64,000 nucleotides of DNA from NCBI GenBank assembly GCA_963782525.1, contig CAWAKC010000010.1, positions 64,001-128,000 on the forward strand, given 5' to 3'. The notes under the pieces were generated by a model that searched no databases, was not told the origin of the DNA, and was given only the letters and a program-made list of their open reading frames with translations. The first letter of the stretch is position 1. Every line of letters starts with the position of its first letter. A program made the position numbers and the translations under genes. This document shows, piece by piece, positions 1 through 9,313 of the stretch. This stretch comes from Candidatus Bathyarchaeota archaeon (GTDB taxonomy: Archaea > Thermoproteota > Bathyarchaeia > Bathyarchaeales > Bathycorpusculaceae).

Positions 1-414
1 ACCTTCAATCCAAATAAATCACGCATACGCGCCATGCGCCTTGGACCCTTAGTGAACCTTGCAGTTACCTGCAGGCACTGTGAAGACCCCGCATGCGTCG
101 CAGCTTGCCCAAGAGACGCCCTAAAACAAGAATGTGACAGCGGCATAATCCGAGTGGACGAAAACGCATGCAACGGCTGCGGATGGTGCATCAGCGCATG
201 CCAATTCGGCGCCATGAACATGCACCCAGACAAAAAAGTCGTATTTACCTGCAACAGCTGTACCGACAACGAAACCAAAGAACCCCAATGCGTCAAATGG
301 TGCCCCGAAGAAGCCCTAACATACGTTACCGCAGAAACCTTAGCACAGAAGTACCGACAGAAAGCAGTCAAGAACCTATTCCAAACAGCAGAAGAAACCA
401 ACAAAGCGAAATAA
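1..414 (+). CDS. 4Fe-4S dicluster (DmsB/HydN-like) electron-transfer protein, 5' truncated by the window edge
   Basis: Frame is open from base 1 (TFNPNKSRIR...). Motifs CRHCEDPACVAACP, CNGCGWCISAC and CNSC...CVKWCP. Paralog of 3130..3630. Confidence 0.9.
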   Translation, partial: TFNPNKSRIRAMRLGPLVNLAVTCRHCEDPACVAACPRDALKQECDSGIIRVDENACNGCGWCISACQFGAMNMHPDKKVVFTCNSCTDNETKEPQCVKWCPEEALTYVTAETLAQKYRQKAVKNLFQTAEETNKAK

Positions 415-506
415 ACCCAAATTAGCGCTTTTTTGAAGCGCGTTCTTTTTTACTTTTGTTTGCTTGTATTTATTTTATTATTAGGACAATAGGTTAGTGA
501 ACAACT

Positions 507-686
507 TTGTCTCACACTAAAGGACGCAAAAATAAGGGTGACCCACAAAAAATTCTTACATTCTTGAAGACAATTGAACCTTTAAATGAAGAGAGCGCCA
601 AAAAAATGATTGCCGAAATAGAAGAAGGCAGGAAACGAGCAGTTCAAAGGAATTCTGATTGTGGGGCCGGTAGCCTTAAAAAATGA
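507..686 (+). CDS. Small hypothetical protein (59 aa), possibly antitoxin-like
   Basis: Manual translation from TTG507 gives MSHTKGRKNKGDPQKILTFLKTIEPLNEESAKKMIAEIEEGRKR... It is below the ORF-track cutoff. Confidence 0.3.
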   Translation: MSHTKGRKNKGDPQKILTFLKTIEPLNEESAKKMIAEIEEGRKRAVQRNSDCGAGSLKK

Positions 687-757
687 AACGCTGATAAATC
701 GTGACAAAAAAATTTTTGAAAGTACACAAATAATTGTGCTCGACTAATTTTTTATGA

Positions 758-1045
758 TTAGCCACCAGTAACAAGCGACATCAAAATGATGCTGTCTCGG
801 TCTTTGAGAGGCGTGTTTATACCTTGGAGTTGGTCCATCAAAATACCGTTGACCATCGCAACAAAGGATGCTTTCATCTCCTTTTTGACTGGGTCATAGA
901 CGTCTTGAGTGAATGGTTTGCCATAGTCTGCAGCGATTTTGTCGAGCAGTTCAGACAGTACGGTTTTGTCTGGTAATGTGAATTCATCTTGGCTTGTGTT
1001 TGTGTAGGATTTTACTAAGCTGATGTAGTGTACGTTTATTTGCAT
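758..1045 (-). CDS. moaD: MoaD/ThiS-family ubiquitin-like sulfur carrier (SAMP)
   Basis: Beta-grasp pattern MQINVHY...MVNG...LKDRDSI and a C-terminal GG. ATG1045 follows GGAGG. Divergent from AOR. Confidence 0.85.
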   Translation of the reverse strand: MQINVHYISLVKSYTNTSQDEFTLPDKTVLSELLDKIAADYGKPFTQDVYDPVKKEMKASFVAMVNGILMDQLQGINTPLKDRDSIILMSLVTGG

Positions 1046-1270
1046 TTTTTGGTCCTCCTGCTCTGGTTTAGTGTTGTTGTTGGGTTCTGATATTTCTTTT
1101 CCCAAAAAAAACGCGTTTTTGCTTGCGAAAACCTGTTTAGCGTTATTCCTAACTATGCATGACGCTTTCCTCAACTCCTAGAACGCCATGAATTTTCCAG
1201 CAAAGAACCCATTAACTTAATATATTCTTCAACAGCACTAAATATTCTAAACTCTTGGAGAGAACAAGGT

Positions 1271-3127
1271 TTGCTAGGTTACGCTGGAACAATCTTATAT
1301 GTTGATTTAACCACAGGCAAAACTCGCACCGAAAAATTAAGCGACGACGTCGCCAAAAAATACATCGGCGGCATCGGCCTTGGCATGGAACTCTACTTAA
1401 CCAACTCAAAAGCAGGCGTGGACCCCTTGAGCGCAGAAAACCCGCTTGTACTCACAGTTGGGCCAATCTCTGGAACGATGTTTCCGACAGGCGGAAACGG
1501 ACACGCCTTCATTTCAAAATCACCAGAAACTAACGCTGTCGGAGAAGCTGTAAGCCACGGCACCTTCGGCACCGAACTCAAACGTGCAGGATACGACGCA
1601 GTAATCCTGACTGGTAAAGCAGAAAAACCTGTTTACCTCTGGATTGACGATGCATCTGTCCAACTGCTTGATGCATCGCAAATCTGGGGTAAATCACCCT
1701 TTGAAACCGAAGACGCCATCAAAAACGAACTCGGCGACTACTACGTTCGCGTAGCCTCAATCGGTTTAGCAGGCGAAAAACTATCCAAAATCGCCAATAT
1801 CATTAACGAGAAAACCCGGGCTGCAGGCCGAACAGGGCTTGGTGCAGTCATGGGCAGTAAAAACCTCAAAGCAATCGCGGTCCGAGGAACCCGCGACATA
1901 GTCGTTGCGAAACCTGACGATTTCATTACGATGGTTAAAGAGTTTCATGAGCGCATGAAGGGACCAGCCGCACAGAAATACCGAACACTCGGCACATCCG
2001 AAAACATCATGACTCAAAACGCACTTTTCTGTTTACCCACACGCAATTTTAACAACGCTCATTTTGAGAACGCTGAAAGAGTCAGCGCCGAAACACTCAA
2101 CGAACGCTACATTGTAAAAATCATCGCTTGCAATTCATGTGCTATGCGATGTGAACACGAAGCAGTCATAAAGGAAGGACCCTACAAAGGCACACTTGCA
2201 CGTATGGAATACGATAACGTTTGGGCTTTAGGACCCAATTGTGGCGTAGACAAACTAGACGCTATAATTAAAGCCGCTGAACTCTGCAACTACTACGGCT
2301 TAGACGCCACAAGCGCAGGCGTAACCGTTAGCTTCGTCATGGATTGCCACGAAAAAGGTATCTTAACACACGAAGACCTCGGTGGATTAGATGCTCATTT
2401 TGGAAACGCAGATGCTCTAGTGCAACTTATCGAGAAAATTGGCAAACGCGAAGGAATCGGCGACATGTTTGCAGACGGCGTAAAAGTTGCTGCAGAAAAA
2501 ATCGGCAAAAACTCAAGCGAGCTTGCCCAACAGATTAAAGGCTTAGAAGTTACAGGCTACGACTTACGTTGCCTAAAAACCGCAGCTTTAGCCTCAGCAG
2601 TTTCCTTCCGTGGAGCAGACCAAAACCGAAGCGGCGCCTATACCGTTGACTTAAAGGGTAAAGTTGACCGCTTGAAAGCTGAAAAAGGCCGCGGCAAAAT
2701 CGTCAAAGACGCCGAAGACATCTACGCATTAATCGATTCACTCATCATCTGCAAGAATGCCAAAGGCACGCTCTACAAGGAACTCGCCGATATGGCTAAA
2801 CTCTACAGTTTAGTCACAGGCTACGAAATGACACCTGAAGAACTCAGCGCTGCAGGTGAACGTATAAACGCCATCGCAAAACTCATCAACGTCCGCGAAG
2901 GCTTTAGCCGAAAAGACGACACCCTCCCCTGGAAAGTTATGAATCAACCCATCACCGACGATGGACCGGCCAAAGGCGCCGTTGTAACCCAAGACGAACT
3001 CGACCTCCTTCTAGACGACTACTACCAAGCCCGCGGCTGGAACGTCGAAGGTATACCAACTAAAGCTAAACTCAAAGAACTGGGTCTACAGGAATTCTCA
3101 AGCATAATTGAAGGAAAAGAGGCCTAA
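1271..3127 (+). CDS. aor: Tungsten-dependent aldehyde:ferredoxin oxidoreductase family protein
   Basis: GYAGTILYVDLTTG, AAGRTGLGAVMGSKNLKAI, CNSCAMRC, and C-terminal YYQARGW...KLKELGL. Confidence 0.93.
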   Translation: MLGYAGTILYVDLTTGKTRTEKLSDDVAKKYIGGIGLGMELYLTNSKAGVDPLSAENPLVLTVGPISGTMFPTGGNGHAFISKSPETNAVGEAVSHGTFGTELKRAGYDAVILTGKAEKPVYLWIDDASVQLLDASQIWGKSPFETEDAIKNELGDYYVRVASIGLAGEKLSKIANIINEKTRAAGRTGLGAVMGSKNLKAIAVRGTRDIVVAKPDDFITMVKEFHERMKGPAAQKYRTLGTSENIMTQNALFCLPTRNFNNAHFENAERVSAETLNERYIVKIIACNSCAMRCEHEAVIKEGPYKGTLARMEYDNVWALGPNCGVDKLDAIIKAAELCNYYGLDATSAGVTVSFVMDCHEKGILTHEDLGGLDAHFGNADALVQLIEKIGKREGIGDMFADGVKVAAEKIGKNSSELAQQIKGLEVTGYDLRCLKTAALASAVSFRGADQNRSGAYTVDLKGKVDRLKAEKGRGKIVKDAEDIYALIDSLIICKNAKGTLYKELADMAKLYSLVTGYEMTPEELSAAGERINAIAKLINVREGFSRKDDTLPWKVMNQPITDDGPAKGAVVTQDELDLLLDDYYQARGWNVEGIPTKAKLKELGLQEFSSIIEGKEA

Positions 3128-3129
3128 AC

Positions 3130-3630
3130 ATGGTAAAGATACACGAAAGAAAATTCGTTTCCACCGACCCAGAAAAATGCGTCGGCTGCCAAATATGCGA
3201 GTACGCTTGCTCCTTCACCAAAGAAAAAGCTTTCAACCCACTCAAATCACGAATCCGCGTCGTGCGCGTTAATCAGTTAGCTAACATGGCAGTTACGTGC
3301 CGACTGTGCGAAGAACCAGCTTGCGTTGCTGCGTGCCCAAGAGATGCACTTACACAATCCAAGGACACAGGCAACATCGTACTCGATAAGGACAAATGCA
3401 ACGGCTGCGGCTGGTGTATCGAAGCCTGCGATTACGGCGCTATAATGCTCCATCCAGAAACCAAAGTTGTCTACGTCTGTGACATGTGCAAAGACAAACC
3501 CGAAGGCCCCCAATGCGTTAAATGGTGCCCCGAAGAAGCCATAACCGTTGTTACAAGCGACGTACTGGCACAGAAAGCAAGAATCGGCGCCATCAAAAAA
3601 CTCTTCCAAGAACCAGAAGAAAAGAAGTAA
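3130..3630 (+). CDS. 4Fe-4S dicluster protein (AOR partner subunit)
   Basis: Four Cys clusters (CVGCQICEYAC, CRLCEEPACVAACP, CNGCGWCIEAC, CDMC..CVKWCP). Starts 2 nt after the AOR stop. Confidence 0.92.
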   Translation: MVKIHERKFVSTDPEKCVGCQICEYACSFTKEKAFNPLKSRIRVVRVNQLANMAVTCRLCEEPACVAACPRDALTQSKDTGNIVLDKDKCNGCGWCIEACDYGAIMLHPETKVVYVCDMCKDKPEGPQCVKWCPEEAITVVTSDVLAQKARIGAIKKLFQEPEEKK

Positions 3631-3728
3631 ATCGGGCTTTTTGCACAAACTTATTTTTCACATTAAGTCTTTAATTCTTAAATTGCAATAGGATGCTCAT
3701 CTGTCAATCCGCTTGATGATGTACATTG

Positions 3729-4361
3729 CTAAACTTCGACATGGAACGTCGTGTATCCGATTGAGGTAGTGTCTTCAGTTACTTGTGGAAAAGTTGCTTG
3801 GGTTTGATTATCTAATGTGACTTCGAGCGAGTGCCAGGTGAACCTCGAAACCTCAACCACATATTCGTTTAAGCTATTGGGCGAGTTGTAGATGCTTACG
3901 ACCGCTTCCCATTCGCCGTTTGCTCCCTGCCCACTCCAGAAACACAAGTATTCCATTGATTTCTGATAATAATTATTCCATGAGGCGCTTGTGGAGTTTC
4001 GCATTGAAATCCATTGGAGCATTCGGTCTCCAGTGAAGTTAGGATCAGTATTAGATAAGTTTAGGCGGTCTTTAATGCTTTCAAAGTTATTCAGTTCTAA
4101 CGAATTAAATTGTACCAAGTCAGCCCCAGTGTTTATTGGGTTGTTAGCTGCCAAGGCTCCATTTGAGAAACCCGTTTTGTTTCCGTCCGAAAAGCCAGCA
4201 GTATACCCATCATGGTATCCAACGCTGTTGCCAGGAGTAAAACCCGCGTTGTAACCCAATTCATATCGTGTTTGAGCATAATTTTGGGAAATTGTCCAAA
4301 CAGTAGCGCTTGCTACCAATAGAGCGATTAAAAGCAAAGCAATCGAAAACCGTTTCCTCAC
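3729..4361 (-). CDS. Secreted or membrane-anchored hypothetical protein with a GxxxG repeat tract
   Basis: N-terminal basic plus hydrophobic signal; GYNAGFTPGNSVGYHDGYTAGFSDGNKTGFSNG. Confidence 0.65.
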   Translation of the reverse strand: MRKRFSIALLLIALLVASATVWTISQNYAQTRYELGYNAGFTPGNSVGYHDGYTAGFSDGNKTGFSNGALAANNPINTGADLVQFNSLELNNFESIKDRLNLSNTDPNFTGDRMLQWISMRNSTSASWNNYYQKSMEYLCFWSGQGANGEWEAVVSIYNSPNSLNEYVVEVSRFTWHSLEVTLDNQTQATFPQVTEDTTSIGYTTFHVEV

Positions 4362-4479
4362 GTGTAGTCCCTCACTCGCTATTATTGAACGGGTATTGAT
4401 ATAACGGTTGCCGACCCTTTTTCTGCAAAAGCTATTAGATAGAATACATTAAAGTTAGGAAAATAAAGGTGCCAAAGGT

Positions 4480-5280
4480 TTGCTTGACCAACTTCTCACA
4501 ACAATAATTCTTGGATTAATTCAGGGCTTCGCCGAATGGCTTCCCATCTCAAGCACAGCTCACCTGAAAATCACGGAGCATTTCTTAGGTTTTCAAGCAA
4601 CCCCGCTCTTCAACGTATTTCTACACATAGGTACCCTCGCCGTCGTAGTTTTCTATTTTAGGCATGACATCAAAATTGTCCTAACAGCTTTGGTTCACAG
4701 GGATTTCCATTCAGAATATGGACGATTCATCCCACTTATAATTGTCGCAACCATACCCACAGGAATAATCGGTTTCCTATACGATGAGTACTTAGCCGAC
4801 AACTACCAAACCCTCCTAATCATTGGTATCACCTTCCTAATCGGCGCTGCCTTACTGTACTCCTCAAAGTATGGCAAAGAAAACCAAACCCAAATCTCAT
4901 ACCGAAAAGCCCTCGTCATGGGCGCCGCGCAGGGAGCAGCCAGTTTTCCAGGACTCTCCAGAAGCGGATCCACCATATCGAGTGGGCTATTGCAAGGCGT
5001 GAAGCGAGAGATGGTTTTCAAATTTTCCTTCCTGCTATCAATCCCAGCGATCATAGGTGACTTGGCTGTTGAAGCTTACCTGCAGCGGGGAAGCTTTGCT
5101 CAAGGCGTCGGCGTCAGTTCAGTTGATCTTTTAATTGGTTTAGTGTTCACGGTTGTTGCGGGTTACTTAGCAATCGTGCTCGTAAAAAAACTGGTGCTAA
5201 CGAAACGGTTCTATTACTTTGCCGCCTACACGTTTACCCTCGGCGTAATCTTGATTACTTTGGCACTCTTAGGATTCTAA
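4480..5280 (+). CDS. uppP: Undecaprenyl-diphosphate phosphatase (BacA/UppP family)
   Basis: GLIQGFAEWLPISSTAHL and PGLSRSGSTI signature motifs; multi-TM. Confidence 0.93.
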   Translation: MLDQLLTTIILGLIQGFAEWLPISSTAHLKITEHFLGFQATPLFNVFLHIGTLAVVVFYFRHDIKIVLTALVHRDFHSEYGRFIPLIIVATIPTGIIGFLYDEYLADNYQTLLIIGITFLIGAALLYSSKYGKENQTQISYRKALVMGAAQGAASFPGLSRSGSTISSGLLQGVKREMVFKFSFLLSIPAIIGDLAVEAYLQRGSFAQGVGVSSVDLLIGLVFTVVAGYLAIVLVKKLVLTKRFYYFAAYTFTLGVILITLALLGF

Positions 5281-5292
5281 GAAGGGTTAGAT

Positions 5293-5475
5293 TTGTCAGG
5301 CGAATTTGAAAACCAAATAAGAAAAATAACAGACAAAAAATCCGCAGAAAAAATAATCGAAGTAGTCAATGCGGCAGGACAAGAATTTCCCTGTTTAACC
5401 TGCCCATCGAACGATGAATGTGGCAGTTTTCAATGGTTCACTAAATGGTTTGGAAAAGTAAGCCCCCAACCGTAG
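5293..5475 (+). CDS. Small hypothetical protein with a CxxC-x4-C motif
   Basis: 60-aa ORF filling the gap exactly; CLTCPSNDEC. Confidence 0.6.
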   Translation: MSGEFENQIRKITDKKSAEKIIEVVNAAGQEFPCLTCPSNDECGSFQWFTKWFGKVSPQP

Positions 5476-5477
5476 CG

Positions 5478-7265
5478 TTAAATGATTTTTTCCAAATCCG
5501 CGATGAACCGTTCAAACACCTTCAAACCGCCCTTCCAAAAGCTTGGGTCTGCCACGTTTAACCCAACGAATTCACCGATTTCCATCGGAGACACGCTGCC
5601 CCCCGCCGACAACGCCTTGACGAATTTGGGCACAAACGATTTGCCCTCCCCCAGATATCGCTCATACAGCGAGTACACGAACATTTGGGCGTAGACGTAG
5701 GGGTAGTTGTAGAAGCGGTAGTTTGCCATGTAATAATGAGGTTTCATGGTCCATTCAGCTTCCATTTCGGGGAACCAGCTGACGGCGTCGCCGAAGATTC
5801 GGTCGCGGCTTTTGGTCCAGTGACTGCAGATGGTTTTGTAATTCAAGTACTCGCCTTTTTCGATGGATGCGTAGAGTGCCTGCTCAAACCAAACCCGCGC
5901 CGTAACTTGGAACGTTGTCATCCCAGCCTCATCCAAAACAATACACAGAAGCGCTTTGCGTTCTGCATCTGATTTTGCGCTATCCAACAACTTGTAGGTT
6001 AATAGAAGTTCACCGAAAATCGACGCTGTCTCGGCTACAGTCGAAGGCACAGACATGTTGAGCAGTGTTTGATTTCTTGACGCGTACCAGTCATGGGTTG
6101 CGTGCCCTAATTCATGAGCCAACGTGAAGACGGCGGTTAATGTACCGTTGAAGCTTTGCAGAATGTAGGCAGATTTGCCGTTGTAGTAGCCTGCGCAGAA
6201 GGCACCGTTGCGTTTCCCAAACCGCGGCGTGGCATCGATGTGATTTTTGGCAAATATTTCTTTGACTGCAGTTGCGTATTGAGGGTCGAATCGACCGTAG
6301 GCGTCTATGACTAGGTCTTGGGCTTGTTGAAAGGTAAATTTAAGTTCGGGAGAATCAGGCAATGGAGCCACAATGTCATGGTTACCCAGCGTTGGTAAAC
6401 CCATAAGTTTGGATTTCAATTTGAGGTAGCGTCGATAAGATGTTGCGCTTTCCTCGACCGATTTTAGGAGGTTAGAAATTATATTTTCTTGGGTATCGTT
6501 GCTGATTAAACTGGACTCCATGGGCGAGGCGTATTTTCTTCTTTTAGAAACTGTTACCCAATCGTTGCAAATAGCTCTTAGTGCGGCCGAGAACACTTCG
6601 CCATCTTTTCCGAGCAATCCGTAGATTGAGCGGTTGGCAGATTCTCGTGTAGCACGGTCCGGATGAGGAAGTAACCCGTTGGCTTCGCCATAGCTGAGCG
6701 TCTTTTTCTCGCCCAAAACTATCACCTCAAAGATGCGGGTGTTGAGCCATTTACTCTGCAATTCCTCCCAAGCATTCACGCCGAACTGATCCTTCTCTAT
6801 TACGAGTTGTTCTTCAACTTCGGAGAGCTGATGTTCAACACGGCGCCGAGCACGCTCCAGCATATGCTTGTAATTGGATAGGGTTGGCTCATTGATTATT
6901 TGTGGTCTGCTCTTGACCAATGCGCCAAGTTCCAGTGAATAAAAAGCCAGTTGTTTGCTAATTTTCGCTGAGAGTTTTTCTACCCTGTCATTTAGTGCTT
7001 GAGCTTGGGGTTGAGTCATGTCTGCTGCAAACGAGAGGCTCGAAAACAAGGGTAGGTCGCTGAATTTGGCTTCAAACTCCTCAACATCCTTAAAACACCG
7101 GAATAGCTCCTCCGCTGATAAGTTGGCTATTTTGCCTCGATAAGTTTTCTCAAACGCGTTTGCCATTCCTGTGGCTTCTGCGATGGCTTGTTCAATTTTG
7201 GGGTCCGTTATGCTTGGAAAAAGTTCGGTTAGATCCCATGTTGCTTGTGGAGTGGTCAAATTCAA
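5478..7265 (-). CDS. pepF: M3B oligoendopeptidase F
   Basis: N-terminal WDLTELF, GKRNGAFC, TLAHELGHATH zinc motif, AETASIFGE, FYNYPY. Confidence 0.93.
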   Translation of the reverse strand: MNLTTPQATWDLTELFPSITDPKIEQAIAEATGMANAFEKTYRGKIANLSAEELFRCFKDVEEFEAKFSDLPLFSSLSFAADMTQPQAQALNDRVEKLSAKISKQLAFYSLELGALVKSRPQIINEPTLSNYKHMLERARRRVEHQLSEVEEQLVIEKDQFGVNAWEELQSKWLNTRIFEVIVLGEKKTLSYGEANGLLPHPDRATRESANRSIYGLLGKDGEVFSAALRAICNDWVTVSKRRKYASPMESSLISNDTQENIISNLLKSVEESATSYRRYLKLKSKLMGLPTLGNHDIVAPLPDSPELKFTFQQAQDLVIDAYGRFDPQYATAVKEIFAKNHIDATPRFGKRNGAFCAGYYNGKSAYILQSFNGTLTAVFTLAHELGHATHDWYASRNQTLLNMSVPSTVAETASIFGELLLTYKLLDSAKSDAERKALLCIVLDEAGMTTFQVTARVWFEQALYASIEKGEYLNYKTICSHWTKSRDRIFGDAVSWFPEMEAEWTMKPHYYMANYRFYNYPYVYAQMFVYSLYERYLGEGKSFVPKFVKALSAGGSVSPMEIGEFVGLNVADPSFWKGGLKVFERFIADLEKII

Positions 7266-7358
7266 TGCCTCAGGTAGGTTAGTATCGGCTGGGTTATTTT
7301 GCGTTTTGTTGTTCCAAAAATCTTAAATGGATTACTTTGTAGGTAAGGATGGACCTCG

Positions 7359-8045
7359 ATGATGCGGTCAAATAGCAAGTTAAAGATTCTGTCTCTCTGC
7401 GGCATATTAGCCCCAATAGTTTACGTTGTAGCTCTGATAGTTGGCAATATCTTGGACCCATCGTATTCGCAGGTTGGAAAAACTGTCAGTGAACTCATCG
7501 CGAAAGGCGCACCAAATCGCGACCTCTTAAATGCCATATTCATCATCTACAACATTCTAACTATTCCATTCGCCCTTGGAATGTCTTATGGCCTGCGAAA
7601 GGGTTGGGCGAGAAACGTTATCTTTGCAGCCTTAGTGATCAACGGCATTTTAGGTGTCGCTTGGACCCTTTTCTTCCCACTCGACGTAGGCGGCAAATCC
7701 GTATCGTTGACCGGTCAGCTTCACCTCATCGTCGGAGCACTGGTGGTTCCGCTCATCTTTGCGCTGGAGCTTTCATTTTGGCGAAGCGCAAAAAAAGACA
7801 GCCGATGGAAAGGCTACGACAAGTTCTCCTTGACAATCTTCGCAGTGACCTTTGTGTTTGGGCTTGCAACGGTGGCGGTTGTTAACTCCGACTATCGTGG
7901 GTTGCTAGAACGCATAACCACAGGGTCATTTCTGCTCTGGGTTGAAGTCCTCGCCATAAGACTCTTCAAATCAACTCAATCTTCAATGTTTGGCTCAAAC
8001 CCAAAACTAAAATTCTTTTCAAAAAAAGACGAAGTTTTGTTTTAG
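7359..8045 (+). CDS. DUF998-like membrane protein
   Basis: PSYS...TVSEL.AKGAP, FPLD, LH and GLLERI motifs; about 6 TM segments. Confidence 0.75.
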   Translation: MMRSNSKLKILSLCGILAPIVYVVALIVGNILDPSYSQVGKTVSELIAKGAPNRDLLNAIFIIYNILTIPFALGMSYGLRKGWARNVIFAALVINGILGVAWTLFFPLDVGGKSVSLTGQLHLIVGALVVPLIFALELSFWRSAKKDSRWKGYDKFSLTIFAVTFVFGLATVAVVNSDYRGLLERITTGSFLLWVEVLAIRLFKSTQSSMFGSNPKLKFFSKKDEVLF

Positions 8046-8284
8046 GAGCGAAATTCTCTTTCGGTAACGTCTATCTGCTTTTCCAACTTTTCCTTATAAT
8101 TTAACACTTTGTTTTCTACAACGCCATCTTGTCTTGCGTTGAGGCTCTTCAAGAGTTCCTTGTCGTTCATTTTCACCAATGTCTCAGCAAGTTCCATGAC
8201 GAGTTTGCGGAGTTCATGCAGCTCCACGGCTATTGCTCTAAGGTTTCTTCTTTCGTCATCGGTGAAAACCTTTCCAACCATCAA
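8042..8284 (-). CDS. Hypothetical helical protein
   Basis: 80-aa ORF with GGTGA RBS; coiled-coil-like. Confidence 0.55.
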   Translation of the reverse strand: MMVGKVFTDDERRNLRAIAVELHELRKLVMELAETLVKMNDKELLKSLNARQDGVVENKVLNYKEKLEKQIDVTEREFRS

Positions 8285-8355
8285 GTCACCAATTAAAGTT
8301 ACATTTTACAAGCGTTGAGATGTAATAAAGTGTTCCTAAAACCCAAAGGTTTGGT

Positions 8356-8505
8356 TGGTGCTACGGGCAGGATTTGAACCTGCGAACCCCTGAGGGAAAG
8401 GATTTCCCATTTGGGCGCTTGAGTCAAAGCGTCGAGATCTTGAGTCCTTAGTGGAACACGCAGATGCGTATTCTTTCACCTTTGACCTAGCTTGGTTACC
8501 GTAGC
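8356..8505 (-). tRNA. trnL: tRNA-Leu(CAA) with two introns (27 nt at 28/29; 35 nt at 37/38) and encoded CCA
   Basis: Acceptor GCTACGG/CCGTAGC+ACCA, T-arm GCAGG-TTCAAAT-CCTGC, long variable arm. Removing 8474-8448 and 8438-8404 gives an 88-nt cloverleaf with AAGGA-CTCAAGA-TCCTT. Confidence 0.93.
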
Positions 8506-8515
8506 ATACCGTAGG

Positions 8516-9189
8516 CTAAAACAATCGACTTCTGTCATTTAACATTTTCCACTTCATATAACGTGTATTATGCGCATCTTTGATAGAGCCAACCTCTTCC
8601 ATCCATCGAATAACTTGTTGTGGCCGAGTCGTATAAGCAACTTGTAAAGGGGATTTGTTCTTGCCGTTAGGCGGAAAATATTCGTAAGTTCTGAATTCAA
8701 AACCTATTCTACTGGCCAAATCAACGAACCCATCCCTAAGGTCCTTGCTTTTAACTTGAATTTCAATTCTTGGTCCACGATTTACTTGGACGCTAAAGCA
8801 GCCATCTGTACTAAACAATCCGCATAAGAATTTTTTGGGTTATACTTTCTTTCCTGGATTCAAAGATTTGGTTTGGGACACTGACTGTTCCTGCTTTTCT
8901 GCCTAGTGGAAAACCATAATCTCGGAAGAAAGCCAAGCCTGAGGTTGCACACTTCTTATCATAACCGCTCTACCTGAGGGACATTTAATAGGTCTGTTAG
9001 GTTCAACTCCCAAGATATTTCTAACAAAGCTCAATTATTCTTACAAGCATTTCTTTTGTCGTCTTGCCCACAGCTTATTCCCCATTTATCTGAAAGCCAT
9101 CCGTCGCCCGCATGAAGTCCTAGAAGTAATGCTACGTCTTCGTTGAGTTCTTTTAGTGATAGATGGTAAATTATGTGTTCATATTGCAT
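8516..9189 (-). pseudogene. Two-motif LAGLIDADG homing endonuclease, about 4 frameshifts
   Basis: Piecing frames together gives MQYEH...VALLLGLHAGDGW (motif 1), FFRDYGFPLGRKAGTVSVP and FLCGLFSTDGC (motif 2). The ORF track sees only 8516..8818. Confidence 0.8.
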
Positions 9190-9313
9190 TTTTATCTAAA
9201 AGTAAGGGGGGTGAATTGTTTTATAAACTCTATTTCAAAATCAGGCCTTTTATCTGATTACCTTCGTTTCATGCTACCGCAAAAGTAAAACACCAATGCA
9301 GCTGTAATTAGAG

